Of a stretch of DNA of 64,000 bases, positions 28,979 through 38,642 are shown piece by piece. A program made the position numbers and the translations under genes. Below the pieces are notes generated by a model that worked only from the letters and a program-made list of their open reading frames with translations, searched no databases and was not told the DNA's origin. The stretch comes from Candidatus Hydrothermarchaeum profundi (GTDB taxonomy: Archaea > Hydrothermarchaeota > Hydrothermarchaeia > Hydrothermarchaeales > Hydrothermarchaeaceae), in assembly GCA_002011125.2 (NCBI GenBank), contig MTMF02000008.1, positions 32,001 to 96,000 of the forward strand, in the 5' to 3' direction. Position 1 is the first letter of the stretch. Each line of letters begins with the position of its first letter.

Positions 28979-30224
28979 AGCTGTGTAAATTTTGTCAGTA
29001 ATGTCGCAAAGAAAATAAAAATTAAATTACCTGATATAGGCACGCCAGCTAGACCTTGGAAATTTGGAGAAAATATTAAAAAATCAGGGAAGGGAATAAA
29101 GAATACCAACAAAAATAAGAGTAGAGATACTGACCCAGAAACTGGAAAATTAATTAGTGGGATAGTTGAACAAAATGATATTAAAATTTCGAGGATCAGA
29201 AACCTAGAGAGTTATTGTGAGATTGGAACATATGCTAGAGTTCAGATAGAACATCTGCCTGACAATGTTATTAGTTTAGTAGACAACCAGAGAATAAATA
29301 TAATTTTAGAGTCACCGGACATTGGAGAGCAAACACTAGGAGTTGAATTAACAAATTCTGAAATTTCTAGTATTAAGGATAAAATAAATAACCCGACATT
29401 AACTGTTTCAACTAGCTATGGTGTCCTGAGGGATATTAGTGAAGCAAGTGATCCTAAGGCAGCATTTCTACTCGCCTTGAGATCTGGGGATATCAAGATA
29501 ACATCAAAGAACCCAAAATTTAAATTCGCAAATTTTATTTCTCGTATATATCAAAAAAACCCATATAAAAGCTATAATATCAACAAAGGAAGTAGTAAAG
29601 AAATAATTTTCAACGGAGCGAGAGCAACGCTAACCATTACTGTCCATAGGATTAGAGTTGTGTCGATACCAAAGGATAACACATTGCGGGTTATTAATAG
29701 ATATGGCACAGTCAGAGGGTATATGCCTAACTCAGGCCTGAGGATTATAAATCGTTGGCATAATCTCTATTCTAGAACAGCAGGAATTTATAGGCATCCT
29801 TCAACTTATTATAGAGGCTGGAGTACTCGAGTAACTTCGTATACTTCTTATAGATATACGCCCCCCCAGACATTTCACGGTTTATAATCCTGCTAGAAAT
29901 CCTAGAATGTTCTTTTACGGTAGTACTTACACCCCAATAAACACTGGTTTGGATAATTCTGTGGTAGATGTCGCTTTCGAGAGAACTTTAGTTGGTGTCG
30001 ACGTAGATTTAGGATATGATATTGAAAAGGTAGCTTATTATACGATGGGGGCAGTAGCAAGTATTGCTCCTGAAACCCCTGAGATTATTGTACAGGTATT
30101 TAATAATGGCACTTTAATTGCAGAGTTTGAAGTTCAAACACAAGCTGTTTTAGACTTAACCGAGGGACTAATCTCAGAGCAAGAGTTCATAGATAAAATT
30201 GACAAAAAAGTACAACGGGAGTGA
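28979..30224 (+). pseudogene. 5'-truncated, frameshifted gene remnant spanning ORFs 29477-29887 and 29907-30224
   Basis: Stop-free frame from 28979 to 29887 with no ATG/GTG/TTG before 29477; removing one C from the C7 run at 29861-29867 joins it to the 29907 ORF. Confidence 0.6.
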
Positions 30225-30274
30225 AAACATTTTGAATAAAATTTTATGTTGCTCTCTTTCAATATTACTTTCCT

Positions 30275-31279
30275 ATGAATAAATATGCCGATGGATTAAG
30301 TTTTAGTATAGAGTTTATTCCAAGTGAAGACTATCTCAAGACGATATACCACGGTGTATTAGCAGAGAAATCAGGATTTGATTGCATCTGGGTTACCCAT
30401 CACTTCAATAACTTGGATGTTTATATAGTTTTAACCACTATAGCTAACTACACTAACAGGATTCTACTCGGGCCGGGGGTCACAAATCCCTATCTCTATC
30501 ATCCAGTATTAAATGCTTCCACCGTCTTATCTTTGGATAAAATATCGGGCGGCAGAGCGGTTTTTGGAATTGGAGCTGGCGATAAAACTACTTTAGATTC
30601 TGCAGGCATTGAGAGGAAGAATCCTGTGGAAACTATTGAAGAGAGCATAGAAATAATTAGAGGGTTATTGAGAGGAGAAAGAGTAAATTACAATGGTAGA
30701 ATATATAAAATACCTGGTGTTGCTCTAAACATTAAGGCTGATAGGGAGATCCCTGTATACGTTGGTGCTCAAGGTCCTAGGATGCTTGAGATGGCTGGTA
30801 GGGTATCTGACGGAGTTTTAGTGAATGCGTCTCATGAAAAGGACTTAGAATTTGCAATAAGGCAGATAAATAAAGGAAAGGGAGAAAGGCGCCGTAAGAT
30901 AGATGTATCTGCTTTTACTTGTTTCTCGGTGGACTCGGATCCAAAAAAGGCGAAAAAAGCAGCGCGGCCTATGGTGGCATTCATCGTTGCAGGATCTCAT
31001 CGTTCAATATTAGAGAGACATAATATCCCCAGGGAGGAGATAGATACTATAAAAGGATTCCTAACTGAAGGAAAATATAAAAAGGCCTTTGAATCAGTAA
31101 CCGATCACATGATGGATTCTTTTTGTATTTATGGCACTCCTAAAGAATGTCTTCAAAAGATAGAAGAACTTGAAAAGCTTGGCGTTTCTCAAATTGTGAT
31201 AGGCTCACCAATAGGGCCCGATAAAGAAAAGTCAATTAAATTGATTAGAGATAAAATCATGCCTGCGGTGAGGATTTAA
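30275..31279 (+). CDS. mer: F420-dependent methylene-H4MPT reductase (Mer) or close paralog
   Basis: LGPGVTNPY, GIGAGDK, YVGAQGPRML, GVLVNASH, IVIGSPIGPD. Confidence 0.78.
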   Translation: MNKYADGLSFSIEFIPSEDYLKTIYHGVLAEKSGFDCIWVTHHFNNLDVYIVLTTIANYTNRILLGPGVTNPYLYHPVLNASTVLSLDKISGGRAVFGIGAGDKTTLDSAGIERKNPVETIEESIEIIRGLLRGERVNYNGRIYKIPGVALNIKADREIPVYVGAQGPRMLEMAGRVSDGVLVNASHEKDLEFAIRQINKGKGERRRKIDVSAFTCFSVDSDPKKAKKAARPMVAFIVAGSHRSILERHNIPREEIDTIKGFLTEGKYKKAFESVTDHMMDSFCIYGTPKECLQKIEELEKLGVSQIVIGSPIGPDKEKSIKLIRDKIMPAVRI

Positions 31280-31691
31280 TTGTATCTGTTATATTTTCTT
31301 CGAAAAGTATACTCTCAAACCCAGAAGCCCCTCCGCCTCTTTTCTTTTTATAATAACCTATTAATGCGCCTATTACCGTAGTAATACCTAGAAGTGGAGG
31401 GCTAGAAACCAAGACTCCTATTAGCAGAGCACCTGCTAGATCTCCATTAAAGATTCTCAAAATCATTATTGATTGGGCAATAACCAACATAATTCCAAAA
31501 CCTAAGCCTAATAGTGAATTAACTATGTATGTTCGGTCAAATAAATCTGGACAAGTAATGCTTAATGGAGCGAGTGCTATTAGAATAAATACAAAGAAAC
31601 TGCTCGCAGTGGTTAAAGCGATAGTCATTAAAGCCGTGTAGAATAACAAAATTCTCCCAATGAGATGTATATCACCTGAGGGATAATCCAA
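31257..31691 (-). CDS. Membrane protein
   Basis: Three to four TM segments; overlaps the upstream radical SAM gene end. Confidence 0.55.
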   Translation of the reverse strand: MDYPSGDIHLIGRILLFYTALMTIALTTASSFFVFILIALAPLSITCPDLFDRTYIVNSLLGLGFGIMLVIAQSIMILRIFNGDLAGALLIGVLVSSPPLLGITTVIGALIGYYKKKRGGGASGFESILFEENITDTIKSSPQA

Positions 31692-33357
31692 AATTTTTTA
31701 GAACCTCCTTTATGCCTATTTTGGACCAGTTCAACTCGCTACTCCCACAAAATATCCTATTATTCAAATATTCGAGGTCTTCCCTTATCATTTGTGAGGA
31801 CAGACCTTTAGCTCTAAGTTCATCAACTGTCTTTATGATCTTTCTAGAGGCATTTATCTGATAGAGAATCTTCTCTTTTTCATCTTGGGTTAGTATCCCG
31901 TAGTTTTCTTTTATACTTGCTAATTTCATAGCAGATCTATACGTCAACTCAACTATCTCGCTCCGTTTGAGGTATTGGGTTTCATAGCTTAGAAGGTCTC
32001 TCCATGTGATAGCAGTTTCTAGAAGATCGAAATGGTCTTTGAGGGTTTTGCAATGTTTAATAAAGCCATATTTATTGGGGTGCTCGAAAGCCAATGAACC
32101 CGGGTCTAAAAATGGCGCATATGGAGATAAGAAGGGCTGTATTCTACCGTCGTTAGAAAATTTTTCTAAAAGATGTTCGCAGTATCTTACAGTTTCCATT
32201 ACGCTATTCCATGTTTGATGGCCGAGTCCAATAATAAAGTATATGTCAAACCTATTACAACCTTTTTCAAGCGCAGTGTCTATCATTTTAGTCAGTTCGT
32301 TATTAGTATAACATCTTCCTTGAAGACGTCGTATTTCTTCATCGTGGGATTCTGGCGAGATCTCAATAGAGAAATCTGGAATAGATTTAGATAATTTATC
32401 TAGAAAAAGTCTAGTTGGGGGTGAAAAAAACTCGAATATAACTGGGATATCAATATCTTCTTTTTTTAAGAGTTCTAGTATCCTTTCTCCATAATCTCTA
32501 CTTATTTGGAGTAAGTCCCCTATTATAAAACAAGGACTTTTAAATGAGGAAATAGCAAGTATATCCTCAACTATCTTTTCTGGTTCCTTAAATGCGATAT
32601 TTCTCCTTCTACATATATTCCTGTAAGCAAATCTGGAACCGCCACATGTCGGGCAGTTATTTTTACATCCTTTACAGCTCAATACAGCCATAATAGGCTT
32701 ATCTAGGAAATTCATATATGGTATAAAATCCATTAGACTCCGCATGCTTTTCAAGCCTTTGAGGAAAAAAGAATAATTTATCGAAAAGTCATCTAGATTT
32801 CTTGGTACATAGGATAATGGATTTACTACTATTTTGTCGCTTTTTTTATATACTAGGTTAGGGACTTTCCCATAGTCTTTTCCATTTTCAAGAATGTTAA
32901 GTAGCTTTAGGAGGGGCAGCTCGCATGAGTCTCCTCTTATAACGAAATCAATATAATCAAATTTCATCAGTTCATGGTAATAATATGAGGAAGAGAGGCC
33001 CCCAAAAATAATAGGAATTTCCGGATGCCACTTTTTGAAGATCTTTGCTAGATTTATTGCTCCATGTACATGAGGAAGCCAGTGAAGGTCAATTCCTACT
33101 GCCTTAGTTTTAATCTTTCGAAGGTGTTCTTCAACGTCAAAGTTTTTCTTACAAAGCATTTTGAGAGCTATATTATCAATTTTTACATAGAATCCCTGTC
33201 TCTCCAGATATGAGGCTATTGAAGCAAATCCCAGAGGGTACATCTCAAATATTGGGGTAGAGGGTACCAAATCGTTTATGGGGCTCCATATGCCTAGGCG
33301 TTCCCTAAAATCATATATTGTAGGCGGATGTATCAGGGTTAGATCAGCTTCTTTCAT
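31672..33357 (-). CDS. B12-binding radical SAM protein (Ta0216-like family)
   Basis: PSTPIFEMYPLGF, GIDLHWLPHVHG, CKNNCPTCGGS, APFLDPGS. Confidence 0.85.
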   Translation of the reverse strand: MKEADLTLIHPPTIYDFRERLGIWSPINDLVPSTPIFEMYPLGFASIASYLERQGFYVKIDNIALKMLCKKNFDVEEHLRKIKTKAVGIDLHWLPHVHGAINLAKIFKKWHPEIPIIFGGLSSSYYYHELMKFDYIDFVIRGDSCELPLLKLLNILENGKDYGKVPNLVYKKSDKIVVNPLSYVPRNLDDFSINYSFFLKGLKSMRSLMDFIPYMNFLDKPIMAVLSCKGCKNNCPTCGGSRFAYRNICRRRNIAFKEPEKIVEDILAISSFKSPCFIIGDLLQISRDYGERILELLKKEDIDIPVIFEFFSPPTRLFLDKLSKSIPDFSIEISPESHDEEIRRLQGRCYTNNELTKMIDTALEKGCNRFDIYFIIGLGHQTWNSVMETVRYCEHLLEKFSNDGRIQPFLSPYAPFLDPGSLAFEHPNKYGFIKHCKTLKDHFDLLETAITWRDLLSYETQYLKRSEIVELTYRSAMKLASIKENYGILTQDEKEKILYQINASRKIIKTVDELRAKGLSSQMIREDLEYLNNRIFCGSSELNWSKIGIKEVLKNFGLSLR

Positions 33358-34133
33358 TTTTCTTCCCTAAGCCCCCTCATCTTCAGTTTAGAAAGAATGA
33401 TCATCATTACTTTGTGTTTCAAAAAAAGAATTACAACAGGGAGGGCTATAAAGCTACTTAGCACTACCGTAATTAATATTATAACTGATGGTTTAGGAAT
33501 ATAGAGATTAAAAGCAACTATTCGTAACCCCTGGCTATCGGCTTCTAGGTAAGGATAGAATTGATAATTTCCGATCCTTATTGGACCTAGGATAAAATCT
33601 TCTCTCTCAGGTTCCACTAGTGATTGAAGGTTAAACATCATCCACCGGGCCATCATTTTAATCTCATACGCACTTGCTAACTCTACTCGCTCGACATGTA
33701 CAACAAATCTTCCTAATCTAAAAACATTCCTATAAGGGCGGTTACGAGACTTCTCAGAAGTAACAAAACCTTCGTCTCCAAATTCTCTAGAAGGTACATC
33801 TCCAGATGAAATAGCTTTTTCTCTTAAATCCTCAAAAAAAGTAATTGCTGAGAACTCATTTGGGAATTCTAATACTTTAACTCTTATTATTTTAGAACCC
33901 TTTACATATTCACATTCCTCGCTATAAACCCCTTCCTTTTCTCTATAAATAAATGATGACAGTTGCCAACCAAGCAAGGCATGGTGAGTTATTTCTTTAA
34001 AATCTAGGGACTCTTCGCTTAAATCCTGATCTGTCGGTGAATATTTAGGAGCTAAGTTTTCGATTTCACTTGCATAAGTAGGTAACGATATTAGTATACT
34101 AATCATAACGAAAAGTTGTAGCATCTTTTCCAA
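33354..34133 (-). CDS. Exported protein with C-terminal TM anchor
   Basis: N-terminal signal peptide, C-terminal hydrophobic helix plus basic tail. Confidence 0.6.
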   Translation of the reverse strand: MEKMLQLFVMISILISLPTYASEIENLAPKYSPTDQDLSEESLDFKEITHHALLGWQLSSFIYREKEGVYSEECEYVKGSKIIRVKVLEFPNEFSAITFFEDLREKAISSGDVPSREFGDEGFVTSEKSRNRPYRNVFRLGRFVVHVERVELASAYEIKMMARWMMFNLQSLVEPEREDFILGPIRIGNYQFYPYLEADSQGLRIVAFNLYIPKPSVIILITVVLSSFIALPVVILFLKHKVMMIILSKLKMRGLREEK

Positions 34134-34136
34134 GAG

Positions 34137-34577
34137 TTATTCCTCCGGTATAACTTCCTTAGTGTGGAAAGCATTTATTATCCTCCTAATTGCTGTTGGT
34201 CCAATACTCCCTATGATGACCATCATCGTGAAGTAGAAAGTAAGGACAAAAACAAACTTTGGACCTTTAATGTAAAACGTGCCAAATGGAGTAGCGAGTG
34301 CAAAAAGAACCCCCATAAGATGAAGGCCTATGACAGACCCGATTACCCCATACGGAAGGAATCCTCTAATCCCAGTTTTTTCAAATAAAAATCGTCCAGT
34401 TAGTCCTATTATAAATCCCTTTACTATAGCCTCGGAGAGGATGTTAATTTTCGGCCACCAGTCCATAGGGATATACGCTAACATATTCCCTACTATCAAA
34501 TAATAAAAGCCATTAAAGAAAAACATCGTATATAAGGCAGATAGAACGGTTGTGTAGAACTTACTAATCTTCTTCAT
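34137..34577 (-). CDS. Four-TM membrane protein
   Basis: Hydrophobic segments; overlaps upstream gene end. Confidence 0.6.
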   Translation of the reverse strand: MKKISKFYTTVLSALYTMFFFNGFYYLIVGNMLAYIPMDWWPKINILSEAIVKGFIIGLTGRFLFEKTGIRGFLPYGVIGSVIGLHLMGVLFALATPFGTFYIKGPKFVFVLTFYFTMMVIIGSIGPTAIRRIINAFHTKEVIPEE

Positions 34578-36651
34578 GTGTCACCTCTGCTCTTATATTG
34601 CGTTTTAGAGTTGGGTCATAGTGGCATTCTTCGCAAATCGTGGGTGGCGGAAGGAATCTGTGTACATCTGGCGCATGACACTCTGTGCATGAGATCCCTT
34701 CTCTACCGACATGTACGTCATGACCTATTAAACTTGGATTGCTCCTCTGAGGCAGAATACTGCTATTTAATTTTATGTAACTTGGGGATACTATAGGATT
34801 AAAAATCGGAGTTACAAAGTCTTCACGTAGATGGCAGTTAGTGCATACCTTATCGGGTACGTGAGCATGTCCTTCTATCTCGGTTACCCTTTCAACAAAC
34901 GCCATAACTAGTTCTAGTGGGACCTGATGCGGATACGCATGGTGGCAGTCGTGGCAGTTTGTAACCTTTCCATGTACGCTTTCTTCCCACAAGTAATAAG
35001 GTTCCTCCATAAGCTTTGCTCCGGCATGGCAAAAAACTAGACACATTCGAGAATCGAAATACATAAAATAATAAAACTTGAAACTCAGTACCATAAAGAC
35101 TAACATGAAAATAGATAGAGTAGCTAGAAGTAAAATTTTGAATTTATTTGGAAGGCGAGATATAAATTTTACAATATCATATATCTTATTTTTCTGATAA
35201 TAAATCCCATAAAGTAGGGATCTGAGTCTACCCTTAATATTGAACTTAATTATCAAAATCAGAGTTAAAAAGACTAGAGATGACAATAAAAGTAAAAAAA
35301 AGGAGAGTGATTTTTCTTTGAAGGAATTCAAAATTCTTCTATCGGGGTTAAGTGGATTTTCATCTCTAGAATCTATAATCCCATCTTTATCGGTGTCTCT
35401 ATCAAAAAAATTAGTACCTAAGAAATACTCGTCAGCATCGTTAATTCCGTCTTTATCAGAGTCCTCTCCAACCATTATAATTTTAACGCTATTTCCATCA
35501 TTTCCTATCAAAATTTCAGGCAGGCCATCCCCAGTAATGTCCCCAAGCGTTATAGAAGCTCTAACAGGATTCTCAACGTTATAGCTCCACTTTCTAATTC
35601 CATCGTGAGAGAGACAGTTTATTTTGCCGTTCTGATTACCTATTAACACCTCGTAAATGCCATCACCATCTATGTCCCCAGCTGTTGGAGAACTAAAAAT
35701 TGCTCCACCAGTATTAAAAGTCCATTTTTTTGAGTTATAAGAACTAAGGCAGTACACCTTTCCTTCGAGAGTACCTATTAAAATCTCATAGTTGCCATCT
35801 AAATCCAAGTCATAAATGGAGGGAGGAGAATATATTGATCCATCTATCTTGTAATATCCTTGGATTTCTGTATTACGGATCCAATAAATATGCCCGTCTA
35901 AGGTTCCGACGATGATAACTGAATTTGGTAACCCTACTACTGATTTGACAGGACTTGAAAAATTAAGAATCCTTATAATCTCGCCAGTAGAGTTAAGTAT
36001 GTAGATTTTTCCATCATTACTTCCCAGAAGTATTTCAAGAGTTCCATCTCCGCCTATATCTGCAACTTCTACCGGAGAAGAAGGTCTACTCGCATTAAAA
36101 ATCCACTTTTCGTTCCCTTCATGGTCTAGGCAATATACGCCTCCTCCCTGGATTCCAACGAGTATCTCAAAATAACCATCTTTCTCCAAATCTACGATCG
36201 TAGGAGTGTCAGTAATCTGACCACCTATATTATGACTCCATTTTAATTCTCCATCAGGAGAAATAACATAAATTATACCATCATGATTTCCGAAGATAAT
36301 CTCTTTAGAATTATCTCTATCTAGGTCAGCAACAGAGGGAGTAGCTGATATCCAGTTTCCGGTTTGAAATTTCCATCTTAGGTTTAGGCCATCTTGGTAT
36401 GCTAAGTTGTATATATAATTATCATACGAGGTAATCAATATCTCATTTTTACCATCCAAATCTATGTCAACAATTAAAGGTGCAGCTCTTATAACTCCCT
36501 TTGTATTAAAATTCCATATTACGGCGTTACCCCATGAGCTTAGGTATTCCACTTGAAACTCATAAGGAGAATTAGAAATCGCAACAGCGTAGACCGCCGG
36601 GAAAGAAAGCAAAAATATTAATAAGATTCTTTCCCTGGTTCCTATATTCAT
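34564..36651 (-). CDS. FG-GAP/beta-propeller surface protein fused to a pentaheme cytochrome c
   Basis: Signal peptide; repeats D(I/L)DxDGxxEIxxG with W-x-F; DSDKDG/DTDKDG; two TM; CLVFCH, CHDCH, CTNCH, CTECH, CEECH. Confidence 0.8.
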   Translation of the reverse strand: MNIGTRERILLIFLLSFPAVYAVAISNSPYEFQVEYLSSWGNAVIWNFNTKGVIRAAPLIVDIDLDGKNEILITSYDNYIYNLAYQDGLNLRWKFQTGNWISATPSVADLDRDNSKEIIFGNHDGIIYVISPDGELKWSHNIGGQITDTPTIVDLEKDGYFEILVGIQGGGVYCLDHEGNEKWIFNASRPSSPVEVADIGGDGTLEILLGSNDGKIYILNSTGEIIRILNFSSPVKSVVGLPNSVIIVGTLDGHIYWIRNTEIQGYYKIDGSIYSPPSIYDLDLDGNYEILIGTLEGKVYCLSSYNSKKWTFNTGGAIFSSPTAGDIDGDGIYEVLIGNQNGKINCLSHDGIRKWSYNVENPVRASITLGDITGDGLPEILIGNDGNSVKIIMVGEDSDKDGINDADEYFLGTNFFDRDTDKDGIIDSRDENPLNPDRRILNSFKEKSLSFFLLLLSSLVFLTLILIIKFNIKGRLRSLLYGIYYQKNKIYDIVKFISRLPNKFKILLLATLSIFMLVFMVLSFKFYYFMYFDSRMCLVFCHAGAKLMEEPYYLWEESVHGKVTNCHDCHHAYPHQVPLELVMAFVERVTEIEGHAHVPDKVCTNCHLREDFVTPIFNPIVSPSYIKLNSSILPQRSNPSLIGHDVHVGREGISCTECHAPDVHRFLPPPTICEECHYDPTLKRNIRAEVTHEED

Positions 36652-36749
36652 TAAAAAATATTTGCTGAAAACTTTAATAAATAGTTTATTTGAATAAATT
36701 TACTAATTTTTTGAATAAAGTTTATATGCCTCCTAAAAATTTATGAAAA

Positions 36750-37706
36750 TTATTTAAAGAGAATCTCCTCTACGGCTTTAATCTTATCTATACCTTTGAC
36801 TTCTACAGGAAAATGAGGCAGTATTACAATTTTTATTTTTTCGCCATACTTTCTTTCCAAGTCCTGTATATAATGCTGTTGCATAGTGTAACGTTGTCTA
36901 TGAAATGGGCACTCGGGATATTCAACAACAAAATTTATTATTAAATGACCAATTCGCAGTCCATATTTCTCAAATTCAGTGATGAGTCTTTCCGTCTGGT
37001 TTACTCCAAGACCTTCAGGAATGGTCACTGCTATAAATTCTGTAGTGTCTGGATCTCTAATTAGGTTTAGTATTTCATGAGAGAGATCTCTCCACCCACT
37101 TATAATCTCAACCATGCTCCTTTTCTTTTTTTTAACCCCAAGGTTCTGTCTTATCTTATCTATATAACTCTGCAGAGAAGCATAAACATGCGTAGCTGCG
37201 CTTAAGTGATCTAAGAACTTGAGAGGCATATTAAGAAGATGAAGTGTTGTAGCTGTTGGTGCGGTATCCCAAATTATCCTATCATACTTTTTATTTCTCA
37301 CTAGATTTAGAATGTAATCTAACATAAATTCCTCTTCTATACCTGGAGATGAGCCTATATAATCCACTATTTCATATTTTACTGGAGCGATTGAGGAAAT
37401 AGCTTCAAAAATTTCTGGCCCAAATTTTTCTCTCCATCTACGTAATATTTCCTCGGTAGTTAATTCTAAGGCACACAAATTTTTAACTCTCTTTATCTCC
37501 GTTTCTTGCGAGCCTATCAAAGTTTCAAATATATCGCTGAGAGACTGGGTAGGATCACTTGAGATTAGCAGAGTTTTTTCTCCCTCTAAAGCAAAATGTA
37601 AGGCAGTAGCGGAGGACGTCGTTGTCTTTCCTACTCCTCCTTTTCCTCCAAACATTAATATCTTTTTATTGCTTTTATCTAAATCAGAAAGGGATGAATA
37701 AGCCAC
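36750..37706 (-). CDS. ArsA/GET3-family ATPase
   Basis: GGKGGVGKTT, SSDP...SLSD, DTAPT; GTG 37706 with SD likely (track start 37793). Confidence 0.9.
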   Translation of the reverse strand: MAYSSLSDLDKSNKKILMFGGKGGVGKTTTSSATALHFALEGEKTLLISSDPTQSLSDIFETLIGSQETEIKRVKNLCALELTTEEILRRWREKFGPEIFEAISSIAPVKYEIVDYIGSSPGIEEEFMLDYILNLVRNKKYDRIIWDTAPTATTLHLLNMPLKFLDHLSAATHVYASLQSYIDKIRQNLGVKKKKRSMVEIISGWRDLSHEILNLIRDPDTTEFIAVTIPEGLGVNQTERLITEFEKYGLRIGHLIINFVVEYPECPFHRQRYTMQQHYIQDLERKYGEKIKIVILPHFPVEVKGIDKIKAVEEILFK

Positions 37707-37764
37707 TCTCCTTCCTCGTACATACTGTGTTGTCAGGTTATATATAACTTGGGTAGGAGTATCT

Positions 37765-38067
37765 TTACTCGTGTATTTTATCAATAAGCTCAATTACTTT
37801 TTCTGGGGGAGTTAATGGAATTATATCGAATTTCATGAATTTATACATAGGGTCCTCATGTAGTAGTTTATGAAGTTCAATATGGTCTTTTACATTATAT
37901 ATTGCACAGCCGCCTCTTTTTCCTGTAAAATTACCAAAATATAGTATCTTCCTACTCTTTTTTAAACTATTCCTATACTCTAATCCAGACTTAGCAATTT
38001 CCATTATTTTTTCAGTTTCAACACATTCTAGTTGCTCCCCTATAACTAAATATTCCATTTTTATCAA
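37765..38067 (-). CDS. Muconolactone isomerase/YCII-like small protein
   Basis: GGCAIYNVKDHIELHKLLHEDPM...FDIIPL pattern. Confidence 0.6.
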   Translation of the reverse strand: MIKMEYLVIGEQLECVETEKIMEIAKSGLEYRNSLKKSRKILYFGNFTGKRGGCAIYNVKDHIELHKLLHEDPMYKFMKFDIIPLTPPEKVIELIDKIHE

Positions 38068-38212
38068 CCTCCGTTACTCTATTAAATTAAATCGGAAGTA
38101 AATTTTTTGGTAATAAAGATTTGATCAAGTATGTTAAAAATAGATTAATGGGGTTAATATATATGTAAAGAGTAATGTTTAGTAAACCTCAGGATATTTG
38201 GGAGGAATTTAA

Positions 38213-38641
38213 ATATTAAAAGTCAAGGATATCATGTCTAAAAATGTAGTTTCAGTTGATAAGAGTTCTTCAGTATTAGAGGCCGCTAAGTTGATGGATA
38301 AACATAATATAAGTAGCTTGTTAGTTGTTGAGAATAAGAAACCTGTAGGGATAATTACTGAGAGGGATATGGTCAGGAAGGTAATCCTAAATAATCTAGA
38401 TTTAAACTCAAGGGTAGAGAAAGTTATGACTTCTCCCGTGATCTCAATAGAAGCTGATGAGGATATAACTAAGGCGGCGGAGATTTTAATCAACAAGAAG
38501 ATTAGAAGATTGCCTGTTGTGAAAGATAAAAAGCTTGTGGGCATTATTACAGAAACCGATATTTCTAGAAGCTCCCCAAAGGCGTTAGAAGAATTTTCTT
38601 CGTCTATTGAAAAAATAGAAAGATTTTTAAAAGATCTTTAA
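38213..38641 (+). CDS. CBS-domain pair protein
   Basis: Two CBS repeats (GIITERD, GIITETD); ATA 38213 after SD GGAGGA gives a canonical LKVKDIM start, otherwise ATG 38234. Confidence 0.88.
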   Translation: MLKVKDIMSKNVVSVDKSSSVLEAAKLMDKHNISSLLVVENKKPVGIITERDMVRKVILNNLDLNSRVEKVMTSPVISIEADEDITKAAEILINKKIRRLPVVKDKKLVGIITETDISRSSPKALEEFSSSIEKIERFLKDL

Positions 38642-38642
38642 A

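Noticed and set aside
24510-30275. att-site duplication of the tRNA 3' end or an integrase
   Set aside because: No second copy or recombinase gene was found by eye, so no mobile element is called.
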